DNA of 64,000 bases, from positions 98,759 through 162,758 of the forward strand of contig JBCCEA010000003.1 in NCBI GenBank assembly GCA_039030515.1, given 5' to 3'. Below the pieces are notes generated by a model. It had not been told where the DNA came from. It ran no database searches and worked only from the letters and a program-made list of their open reading frames with translations. Shown here in pieces: positions 19,596 to 27,713 of this stretch (positions are counted from its first letter, which is position 1; each line of letters opens with the position of its first letter). Source of the stretch: Myxococcota bacterium. Lineage in GTDB: Bacteria > Myxococcota_A > Polyangia > Polyangiales > Houyiibacteriaceae. The translations under genes and the position numbers were made by a program.

Positions 19596-21097
19596 GGCGA
19601 ACGCCGGCGATAGCGCTCGCGCAACATCGACTGACGGGTCGTGAGATCGACACGCTGCCCGCCGGAATAAAGCTGCTCAAGATGGGACGTTACCTCGAAA
19701 GGATCTGCAGACCAAACTGCAACATCGCCTCGAGAACCTCGTTGTAGCGTCAGTCCGTATTCCAGTCCGAAAACCTCAGCCGGTGTCGAGGTAAGCGCCT
19801 GGAGTGCAACTTCACGCGGAAGTCCTGCGCGAATCGCGTTTCCCGCCTCCTGCCGAAGATTGTGCACGCTGTGAGCATCATACGTCGTGAACATCAGACG
19901 TACTCCAGACTCATGAAGGCGTGCAGCGTTTTCATAGGAACTTGCAAGCTCTCGGAAAGACGTAGGCTGGTTGGTGAGCGGCTTGAGAATCACGGGAACT
20001 TCTGCAGCCGCGATCTGGTCTGCAACCATCCAACCCTCCTCCGCTCCGGAAAGAATGAGTCGGATCCCATATGCTTTTAACAATTCGATAATCCGAAGAA
20101 TATCTGCCGCTCGGGAAACGCGCGCTACGATCGGCCGACGCTTCCCCAAAACCTCCGCAAGGCAAAGCAGATCGAGTCGGCTCGTGCGAAGCGCCCGGAG
20201 TGCATTTTGCTCGTACGCCTGAGGACGACTCACATGCGATCGCGTATCGTCAAGCGCCTCTCGAAGACGCATCAGAGCCAGTGGAAAGGTTCCTTCAAGA
20301 GCGCTCAGGCCGGGCGCGTCCAGCTGAACGTGCAGTGCCGCGCCAGCGCGGAGTATGCGTGCAGAATCCGCTCCCAAGTCCGTGAGGGCGCTGGTGCCGC
20401 TGATCAGTCCCCCGGTCGGAGTCGACAGTGCGACGGTGATCCCGCCAGTGCGCGCGACGGGAATCAAGGTTGAACGTGGATTGAACCCGTCTGCCGCAGA
20501 GAAGGCAGCACGAATCGGATCCACTTCATCGTTGCCGGGGGAATCGTCCCTCGTCGAAGGTTCCGCTGAAATCTCCGCGAGACCGATACCGGTCTCCAGA
20601 GCGAAAAAGCCTGGAGTCAGAACTTTACCCTCTACCTTGACAACCACCGCGTCGGACGGAATCGGTCGCAGAGGACCTGCATAGGAAATCTGAGCTTCCT
20701 GAATGACCACGAGACCGTTCGTTAGGACCTCGCCACTTGGAAACCACAGTGTCCCCCCCACCAGGGCAAGTTTGGACGTGTCCGGCACAGGCGGCTCTCG
20801 CCTCGCATCCCGGCTCTCTCCTCGGGATCGCGTCACCCTCTGAATTGAAGACGCAGGGCTCTCGAGGTCCTGTGCATGGGCGATCGATAACTGAGCACGA
20901 GGTTTCGACCCGAAAGTCGAAAATTCCATAGGATCAATCGAAAAAGCCCACAAAAGCGCCAAGCAAAGCCGGCCCAAAGGCCGAGACGCAACGCCGGCCA
21001 AGCTCCAAGGATCACCTCGTCTCAAAGGGCAGATCCGCCGCTCGGGGAGCGCATCGGCACGATCGGCCGCGTCGCGAGCAGAGTTTGGCTGATTCAT
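19592..21097 (-). CDS. Amidohydrolase-family protein lacking the HxH metal motif
   Basis: LTPGF, GGIT, ALTSTPAEVFG and DVAVWSADPF fold motifs. Start likely downstream of 21097. Confidence 0.85.
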   Translation of the reverse strand: MNQPNSARDAADRADALPERRICPLRRGDPWSLAGVASRPLGRLCLALLWAFSIDPMEFSTFGSKPRAQLSIAHAQDLESPASSIQRVTRSRGESRDARREPPVPDTSKLALVGGTLWFPSGEVLTNGLVVIQEAQISYAGPLRPIPSDAVVVKVEGKVLTPGFFALETGIGLAEISAEPSTRDDSPGNDEVDPIRAAFSAADGFNPRSTLIPVARTGGITVALSTPTGGLISGTSALTDLGADSARILRAGAALHVQLDAPGLSALEGTFPLALMRLREALDDTRSHVSRPQAYEQNALRALRTSRLDLLCLAEVLGKRRPIVARVSRAADILRIIELLKAYGIRLILSGAEEGWMVADQIAAAEVPVILKPLTNQPTSFRELASSYENAARLHESGVRLMFTTYDAHSVHNLRQEAGNAIRAGLPREVALQALTSTPAEVFGLEYGLTLQRGSRGDVAVWSADPFEVTSHLEQLYSGGQRVDLTTRQSMLRERYRRRSP

Positions 21098-22671
21098 TGG
21101 ATTTTGGTTCCCGGCTGTCCCAGCTCAAAATCGCTTGGGCGCCGGCCCTCGGATGCTGCGTACGCCAGCACTCCATCGACGTATACTTGGGTTACCGAGG
21201 CGTATACCGAAAAGGGATCGGCGTTCCATACCGTGACATCCGCCATCTTCCCCTCCTCCAAGGTTCCGACAAGGTGCTCAATACCCAGAATCCAAGCAGC
21301 ATCGGCGGTGATCCAGCGCATGGCCGCCTCGCGATCCACCTCGATATCGGCGATACGTCCCGCAGTCATCGCCTTGGCGACCTCTTGGTTTAGACGCTGC
21401 ACCAGCATCGCATCATCTGAATGCAGCGCTGCTCGAACTCGGGCCTCGGAAAGCAGGGGGAGCGTTTCGAAGATCGCGTCGTAGGCCTCGGCCTTAAAAC
21501 CCCACCAATCAAACCAGGTACTCACACCCACATGCCGCGAAGCGAGAACTTCTCGAATCTTGTAGGCCTCCACCGCATGATGAAATGCGCGGACACGGAA
21601 CCCGAATTCGTCGGCCAAATCGAGCATGCGCAACATCTCGTCCGCCCGATAACAGTGCACCTGAACCAAGATAGCTCCCTCGATCGCCTGCAGTAGTGTC
21701 TCGAGTCCGAAATCGCGCGTAGGAGGCGACGGAGCCGGATCGACGTGCTCGGGACCTGAGCGGTGCTTCTGTTGCCAGTCCAGAAATTTCTGTCGGTATT
21801 CCAGCGCATCTTGAAAAGCGTTCCGAGTCCAAAGCACACTCCCCATCCTCGTGGAGGGCGGCTGATGACGCTGCCCGTACACCCTTTTCGGATTTTCCCC
21901 GCAAGCCATCTTGAGACTGTAGGGCGCCCCAACAAAGCGCATGGACTCGAGCGAGGTTTCCGGCTGGAGCTTGATCGTGACCCCGCGACCTCCGATGAGG
22001 TTTGCCGAGCCCGGCAGGATGTGGACGGTGGTCACCCCTGCTGCAAGCGCTCGGCTAAGCGCGGGGTCCTGCGGCCAAAAGGAGTCACCCGCATACACGC
22101 CAGGAGTCGTTGGAGAGGTCGCCTCGTTCCCGTCGGCGTGGGCCCGAACTTGGGGCATGGCATAAACCCCCATGTGGGAATGGGTGTCGATGAGGCCAGG
22201 GGTCACGTACAGGCCGCGGATATCGATAAGGCTCCCGTCCGGAGCGAGCTCGTTCTGCAGGCGCTCGGAGTCAAAGGGTCCAGCATAGGCGATGCGACCA
22301 TCTCGCATCACGATAAGGCTGTCCGCGATAGTACCGACGCCGGACATCATCGTTCCGTGAGCTAACGCTACGGTCCTAGTGGAGTAAGCGAGCGGCAACT
22401 CTTCCTCAAGCTGCCACGGAAGAGCCGGCAGCTCGATCTGACCTGAGGATTCCGTTGAAGGAACCATGGCGGCCGTGCTTAGACCGCAGCTGGCGCCGAG
22501 CATCCCAAGCAAAAAAACCGTACACGCTCCGAGGCAGCGATCGGCGCCGAGCATGAACGGACTCTTGCACGACAGTCCCGCCAAGTCACCAGTGCACTTG
22601 CCTACCCGAGCGCCTCGCTGTCTTGAACGCATCTCGAAGCGCAAGGGGCTCTCGGTCAGAGCGAGCGACAC
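21094..22671 (-). CDS. Amidohydrolase (imidazolonepropionase-like), probably a lipoprotein
   Basis: TPGLIDTHSH, LKMACGENPKRVYG, VHCY, FHHAVE, LHSDD and GKMADV motifs; lipobox GASC. Start likely ~22554. Confidence 0.9.
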   Translation of the reverse strand: MSLALTESPLRFEMRSRQRGARVGKCTGDLAGLSCKSPFMLGADRCLGACTVFLLGMLGASCGLSTAAMVPSTESSGQIELPALPWQLEEELPLAYSTRTVALAHGTMMSGVGTIADSLIVMRDGRIAYAGPFDSERLQNELAPDGSLIDIRGLYVTPGLIDTHSHMGVYAMPQVRAHADGNEATSPTTPGVYAGDSFWPQDPALSRALAAGVTTVHILPGSANLIGGRGVTIKLQPETSLESMRFVGAPYSLKMACGENPKRVYGQRHQPPSTRMGSVLWTRNAFQDALEYRQKFLDWQQKHRSGPEHVDPAPSPPTRDFGLETLLQAIEGAILVQVHCYRADEMLRMLDLADEFGFRVRAFHHAVEAYKIREVLASRHVGVSTWFDWWGFKAEAYDAIFETLPLLSEARVRAALHSDDAMLVQRLNQEVAKAMTAGRIADIEVDREAAMRWITADAAWILGIEHLVGTLEEGKMADVTVWNADPFSVYASVTQVYVDGVLAYAASEGRRPSDFELGQPGTKIQ

Positions 22672-22678
22672 GGGCGTG

Positions 22679-23842
22679 CTAGCGCGCGCAAAATTCGTCG
22701 TAGTCGATGTAACGGGTCACCGTCGGATGCTCGCCACATACGTTGCAGTCTTTGTCCTTCCGAAGCTTGAACCTTCGAAACTTCATCTTCATGGAATCGT
22801 ACTGCAGCAGGGTTCCGACCAGCGGCTCGCCCTGGCCCAAGATGATCTTGATCGCTTCTGTAGCTTGAAGCGTTCCGATCACACCCGGGAGCACACCGAG
22901 CACTCCAGCTTCTGCGCATGAAGGAGCGAGATGAGGAGGCGGCGGCTCCGGATAGAGGCATCGATAGCAAGGACCTTTGCCAGGCCAAAAGGTAGTCACC
23001 TGACCGTCAAAGCGAAAGATCGATCCGTGAACCACCGGAATGCCCTTCCAAACGCTGGCGTCATTCACGAGATAGCGAGTCGGAAAATTGTCGAGACCGT
23101 CGACCACCACATCCCATTTTTGGTCGAAGATTCGGTCGATATTCGCCGAGTTCAGACGCTCCTGAAAAGGAACGATGCGGACGTCAGGGTTGAGGTTTCG
23201 GAGGGTCTGGGCGCCACTTTCTACCTTGGACACACCCAGTCGGTCCTGTCCGTGTAGAATTTGCCTTTGGAGATTCGACGCGTCCACAACATCTCCATCG
23301 ACGATGCCGAGCGTTCCGACGCCTGCCGCAGCGAGATAGAGCGCAGCAGGTGAACCAAGCCCGCCCGCGCCCAAAAGGAGAACGCGCGCGGTGAGCAATT
23401 TCTCTTGCCCCTTTTCCCCCACCTCAGGCAGCAACAGGTGCCTGGAGTAGCGATCGAGCTGCGCCTCGGTAAACGCAAACGGTACCTCGTAGGGATAGCC
23501 GAGATCCTTCCACTGGTTGAACCCTGGGTTTGCGCTCCAAACGTTCGAGTAGCCTAGGTTGTGCAGTGCTTCGGCGGCAAACGCGCTTCGGATGCCTCCT
23601 GCACAAAGAGTGATGATTTCGGTCGATTTATCGGGCAGTCGCGCTTCGGCCTGCATTTCCAGAAAACCCCGGGGCAGATGCAGGGAACCTGGAACGTACC
23701 CTTGCCGCCATTCGTCTTTTTCTCGAACATCCACCAAAACAAAGTTTGATTTCTGTTCCAGCCTTTGACGGACCTCTTCCAAAGAAACCTGCCGGACGTT
23801 TTCTTTTACCCTGCTGAGTAGATCGGAATAAGTCTTGCCCAT
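22679..23842 (-). CDS. moeB: Rhodanese-MoeB (ThiF family) adenylyltransferase fusion
   Basis: N-terminal rhodanese (DVRE...CAGGIRS), then RYSRH, GAGGLG, SNLQRQ, CYRC and CNVC Zn motifs. Confidence 0.93.
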   Translation of the reverse strand: MGKTYSDLLSRVKENVRQVSLEEVRQRLEQKSNFVLVDVREKDEWRQGYVPGSLHLPRGFLEMQAEARLPDKSTEIITLCAGGIRSAFAAEALHNLGYSNVWSANPGFNQWKDLGYPYEVPFAFTEAQLDRYSRHLLLPEVGEKGQEKLLTARVLLLGAGGLGSPAALYLAAAGVGTLGIVDGDVVDASNLQRQILHGQDRLGVSKVESGAQTLRNLNPDVRIVPFQERLNSANIDRIFDQKWDVVVDGLDNFPTRYLVNDASVWKGIPVVHGSIFRFDGQVTTFWPGKGPCYRCLYPEPPPPHLAPSCAEAGVLGVLPGVIGTLQATEAIKIILGQGEPLVGTLLQYDSMKMKFRRFKLRKDKDCNVCGEHPTVTRYIDYDEFCAR

Positions 23843-23884
23843 GATGCCGCTCGACCGGAGGAGTTACGCAGGGCGCGCTGGAGG

Positions 23885-25540
23885 TCAAGCAGGGGAGCTG
23901 TTGACCGTCATGCGGAAGGCGCTGCCGGGCCTGACATCAAATCCAGCCGGGCCTGACATCAAATCCATCAGCGAGGCGTGAACTTCTGGCAGTGCACGGG
24001 CGACCTCGGTAGCGAGCAATCCTCGGTCGGACCTTGCTGCGCGCTCACCGGCAACGGCATGTAGCCAAACCATGGCGAGCGCCGCTTCGAAGGATTTTTT
24101 TTGCGCCAGCAGAGAAGCGATGGCGCCTGCGAGCACATCGCCAGTCCCCGCCACGCCCAGTGCTGGTGTGCCTCGGTCACACACCGCCAGCTTCGATGTC
24201 CCTGCAACGATGCTTCCGGCTCCCTTGAGGACCACGGTCTGCCCAGACCGGTCTGAGAGCTGGAGCGCTGCGCGATAGCGATCGCGTTGAATCGCTTCCG
24301 TTGTGCAGTCGAGAAGTCGGGCGGCCTCACCTGGATGTGGCGTCAACACCCTCGGGCCCGGGTGATCGGCGAGCTCATCGAGACACTTTTCCTTCGCCAA
24401 CGCGGTCAGGGCATCGGCATCGAGGACCATCGGCATCGAGACCTCTTTGGAGAGCCGCCGCACAAATCCAGTCGTGCTCTTTGAGATGCCCAGCCCAGGA
24501 CCGAGCACAACTGCGTCCATCCCGTCGATGCATCGATGTGCCGCATCGACTGAGAGCTCCGCTCCGACGCTCTCGGTCATCAACTCGACGACCTTAGCCT
24601 CCCACCGCCTCGCTACGTCCTCGGTGCCGACGAGTGTTACCAGACCGGCACCGGCGCGCAGTGCGCCGAGCCCTGAAAGATAGGCTGCGCCAGTTTTGCC
24701 CGCGGAACCTCCGAGTACCGCTACCCGGCCGGCGCTGCCCTTATGGCTGTCTTTCGCACGGCAAGGCAGGTTTTGGGCCACCTGAGCCGCCTCTATCCGA
24801 ACGCAGGAATCCGCATTGGCAGGAGACGGTACGCCGATATCCAAAACACGAATCCGGCCGGCATGAGCCGCACCGGGATGCTGGAGGAGCCCTCGTTTCA
24901 GTGCGCCAAAAGTGACGGTAACCGACGCGCGAAACGCCGTACCCCAAACCTGTCCAGTGTCACAATCGATTCCGCTTGGGCAGTCTAAAGAAAGGGCGGG
25001 AATCCCGAGTCGGTTGGACTGTTCGATCAGATGGCGAAACGTTCCATCGATCGGGCGAGCCAGCCCAGTTCCGAAGAGCCCGTCGACCAGGATGCTTGCG
25101 CGCTTGAGTTCCGACGTCGCTTCGTCAAAGGAGGATTGACGGGGCAGATGCAAGCGAGGGATCTGCATGGCCTCAAGCGCGTTCCAATTGGCAAGCGCAT
25201 CGCCCTGTAGATGCTCCGATTCGCCGGCAAAAATGCAAAAGGGAACGTAGCCACGCACGCGCAGGTGGCGGGCAACCACCCAAGCATCTCCGCCGTTCTT
25301 TCCTGGTCCCCCCAAGATCACGGGGCGACAGAGGAAGTCTGAACAGTCCTGCTCGAGGACATCCGCAGCCCCTCGACCGGCGTTCTCCATGAGAACCAGA
25401 CCAGAAACTCCTGCGGAGATCGCGGAATCGTCAAACGCTTGAGCCTGTGCACGCGTAAAAATCGGAGTCCCGTGGCGCACAGAACAATTCAGGTAGCTCG
25501 GGTTCGCGATCGCTGCTCGACCTGGCCTACGGTCGTCCAC
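23885..25540 (-). CDS. nnr: Bifunctional NAD(P)H-hydrate epimerase/dehydratase
   Basis: LMENAG, GPGKNGGD, DGLFGTG, HKGSAG, GPGLG, LDADAL, TPHPGEAARL and GTGDVLAG motifs. Confidence 0.95.
   Translation of the reverse strand: MDDRRPGRAAIANPSYLNCSVRHGTPIFTRAQAQAFDDSAISAGVSGLVLMENAGRGAADVLEQDCSDFLCRPVILGGPGKNGGDAWVVARHLRVRGYVPFCIFAGESEHLQGDALANWNALEAMQIPRLHLPRQSSFDEATSELKRASILVDGLFGTGLARPIDGTFRHLIEQSNRLGIPALSLDCPSGIDCDTGQVWGTAFRASVTVTFGALKRGLLQHPGAAHAGRIRVLDIGVPSPANADSCVRIEAAQVAQNLPCRAKDSHKGSAGRVAVLGGSAGKTGAAYLSGLGALRAGAGLVTLVGTEDVARRWEAKVVELMTESVGAELSVDAAHRCIDGMDAVVLGPGLGISKSTTGFVRRLSKEVSMPMVLDADALTALAKEKCLDELADHPGPRVLTPHPGEAARLLDCTTEAIQRDRYRAALQLSDRSGQTVVLKGAGSIVAGTSKLAVCDRGTPALGVAGTGDVLAGAIASLLAQKKSFEAALAMVWLHAVAGERAARSDRGLLATEVARALPEVHASLMDLMSGPAGFDVRPGSAFRMTVNSSPA
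23924..23967. repeat. Perfect 22-bp tandem duplication at the 3' end of nnr
   Basis: GCCGGGCCTGACATCAAATCCA x2 (23924-23945, 23946-23967). Confidence 0.95.
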
Positions 25541-25543
25541 GGC

Positions 25544-26305
25544 TCACTCTTTGGTTCGATCGGTATTTCGGGCCGAAATGGCCTGTTCAATCGCGTTCAG
25601 ATAGGTACGGACCACCGGAGCAAGACCTCGAAACACCGATTCGGAGATCATCGCGTGTCCTATGTTGAGCTCCCGAATCTCGCAGCTTCGCGCGACCAGC
25701 GGCCCCAGATTGGCAGCCGTCAAACCGTGACCGGCCGCAATGCGTAACGATGGAGCCTCGTCCGCCGCAAATCGCGCCGCCACCAGCAGACGCGCCAGTT
25801 CTCGTTCGGTATGCGTTGGCTGAGCGTCTGCGTAGTCACCCGTATGCAGTTCGATCTCGTCGGTCTTGACCGCCGCCGCCGCCTGAACCTGTTCGCCCTC
25901 AGGATCGACAAACAGGCTCACCAAAACACCGACGCCGTGAAGACGTTCGATCGCCTCCGCCAGCAACACACGATGCCGCACCACATCGAGTCCACCTTCC
26001 GTGGTTCGTTCCTCTCTTTGCTCCGGTACGAAAGTCACCTTGTCGGGTTTGATTCGAAGCGCGAAGTGGATCATCTCTCGCGTCGCAGCCATCTCAAGGT
26101 TCAACTTGGTGGTCAGCACTTCCCGCAATCGCTCCACGTCCTGATCTTGAATGTGCCGGCGATCCTCCCGAAGATGGACGGTGATCCCTTGGGCACCGGC
26201 CTTCTCGCATTCCAGAGCCGCAGCGACTGGGTCAGGGTACGCGGTCCCCCGAGCCTGACGGAGCGTTGCGATGTGGTCGACATTCACGTGTAGATCAACG
26301 GCCAT
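25544..26305 (-). CDS. pdxJ: Pyridoxine 5'-phosphate synthase
   Basis: VNVDHIATLRQAR, ITVHLREDRRHI, TTEGGLD, ELHTG, AGHGL and ELNIGH motifs. Confidence 0.97.
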   Translation of the reverse strand: MAVDLHVNVDHIATLRQARGTAYPDPVAAALECEKAGAQGITVHLREDRRHIQDQDVERLREVLTTKLNLEMAATREMIHFALRIKPDKVTFVPEQREERTTEGGLDVVRHRVLLAEAIERLHGVGVLVSLFVDPEGEQVQAAAAVKTDEIELHTGDYADAQPTHTERELARLLVAARFAADEAPSLRIAAGHGLTAANLGPLVARSCEIRELNIGHAMISESVFRGLAPVVRTYLNAIEQAISARNTDRTKE

Positions 26306-26375
26306 CGGTACTCCCTTGGATTCGGACCATGCCGTAACCTAGCGGCTCCTTGCCTGTCGGGGTAGTGCTGACTCC

Positions 26376-27302
26376 ATGGAAGACTCTGCCAGCGCGATCG
26401 TCACGTCACCCGTCACGTCACCTCCGTTCGATCTCGACCGAATTGGAGGTCGAAGCGCTTTAGACGGTCTCATCGATATCGTTTGTGCTTCGGGCGATTA
26501 TGCCCTTTCTTTTCAGCGATCCTCGAGCCATTCGACGTTTGAATACAAGACCGATCGGAGCCCCGTCACCGAGGCAGATCACGAAGTGCAGGCGAGAATC
26601 TACGGCGCACTTCGGTACAGATACCCGGAGATCGGCTTTTTGGGTGAGGAGGACCTCAGCCCGACGGATCCTTTGGATAGGGACCAGTCAGAGTTGGATA
26701 GGGGCCAGTCAGAAAAGCTTGCCTCATCCCTCCCCGAACTGCGTTTTATCGTCGATCCCATCGACGGAACGCGGGCGTTTGTTCGAGGCCTGACGACCTG
26801 GTCGATCCTCCTAGGCCTGGAGGACGAGTACGGTCCCGCTCTAGGCATCGCGCTCATGCCCGCGGCGGGAGATCTGTTTGTGGGCGTTCGTGGCGGAGGC
26901 GCCTACGGCAACGGCAGACCGCTGCGCGTCTCGACCACGGAAACGCTCGATCAGGCGCTGCTTTGCCATGGAGGACTGCATCAGTTCACCGACGCGAATC
27001 TCGATGGCGCTCTGGTTCGCCTAGCAAAGGAGAGCTTTACTCAACGAGGTTTCGCGGACTTCGACGGATACCGCCAGCTTCTCCTCGGAAGGGTTGACGC
27101 CATGATCGACCCGGGAGTACGGGCCTGGGATGTGTGCTCTGCTGCGGTGCTCGTCAGAGAAGCGGGTGGCGTGTTTACAGACCTTTCAGGAGCGCCAACC
27201 ATTTACGGCAACGGAGGCCTTGCCACCAACGAACGACTGCATCCACAGGTCGTGAAACTTCTTTTGGAACGCGGCAATCCCGGTACTATGCTCTCGCCGT
27301 GA
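26376..27302 (+). CDS. Inositol monophosphatase family protein (HisN-like histidinol-phosphatase)
   Basis: SPVTEAD, GEE, DPIDGTRAFVRG and WD...AAVLVREAGG motifs. Confidence 0.85.
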   Translation: MEDSASAIVTSPVTSPPFDLDRIGGRSALDGLIDIVCASGDYALSFQRSSSHSTFEYKTDRSPVTEADHEVQARIYGALRYRYPEIGFLGEEDLSPTDPLDRDQSELDRGQSEKLASSLPELRFIVDPIDGTRAFVRGLTTWSILLGLEDEYGPALGIALMPAAGDLFVGVRGGGAYGNGRPLRVSTTETLDQALLCHGGLHQFTDANLDGALVRLAKESFTQRGFADFDGYRQLLLGRVDAMIDPGVRAWDVCSAAVLVREAGGVFTDLSGAPTIYGNGGLATNERLHPQVVKLLLERGNPGTMLSP

Positions 27303-27568
27303 CTCAAGCAAAGCCCGATATCCCTAGCCTTCCCAAAGTGCGCGACGAAGCGGAAGATACACCGATGTGGGTACCCATGTTGGGACTCGCTCTGCTGCTC
27401 CTTGCCGGAGTGATCGCGGTCTATCGCTCCTACGCTTCTCACGCTGTTGAAATCGTGGTTGCCGAAGAACTTCCGGTTGAAACAAAGCGAACCAACGAGA
27501 TCGGCGTCGAGCGATCGGCGCGAGTTCAGCCTGCTGAGCACCAACCCAACCAAGCACCATCACGGTGA
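27299..27568 (+). CDS. Small single-TM hypothetical protein
   Basis: GTG overlapping the upstream stop (GTGA); 'DEAEDTPMWVPMLGLALLLLAGVIAVY'. Confidence 0.6.
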   Translation: MTQAKPDIPSLPKVRDEAEDTPMWVPMLGLALLLLAGVIAVYRSYASHAVEIVVAEELPVETKRTNEIGVERSARVQPAEHQPNQAPSR

Positions 27569-27713
27569 TGCACGGCGCGCACGTTCCATGCGGTCGAGGT
27601 CCGGCAATACGGCTCTTGAACGAAGGATGGCTTCCATGTTGTGCTTCAAACCGCTTGACCCTCGACGATCCAAAACCAAATAGTCCTCAGATACGCAACC
27701 CTAGGAGACACCC

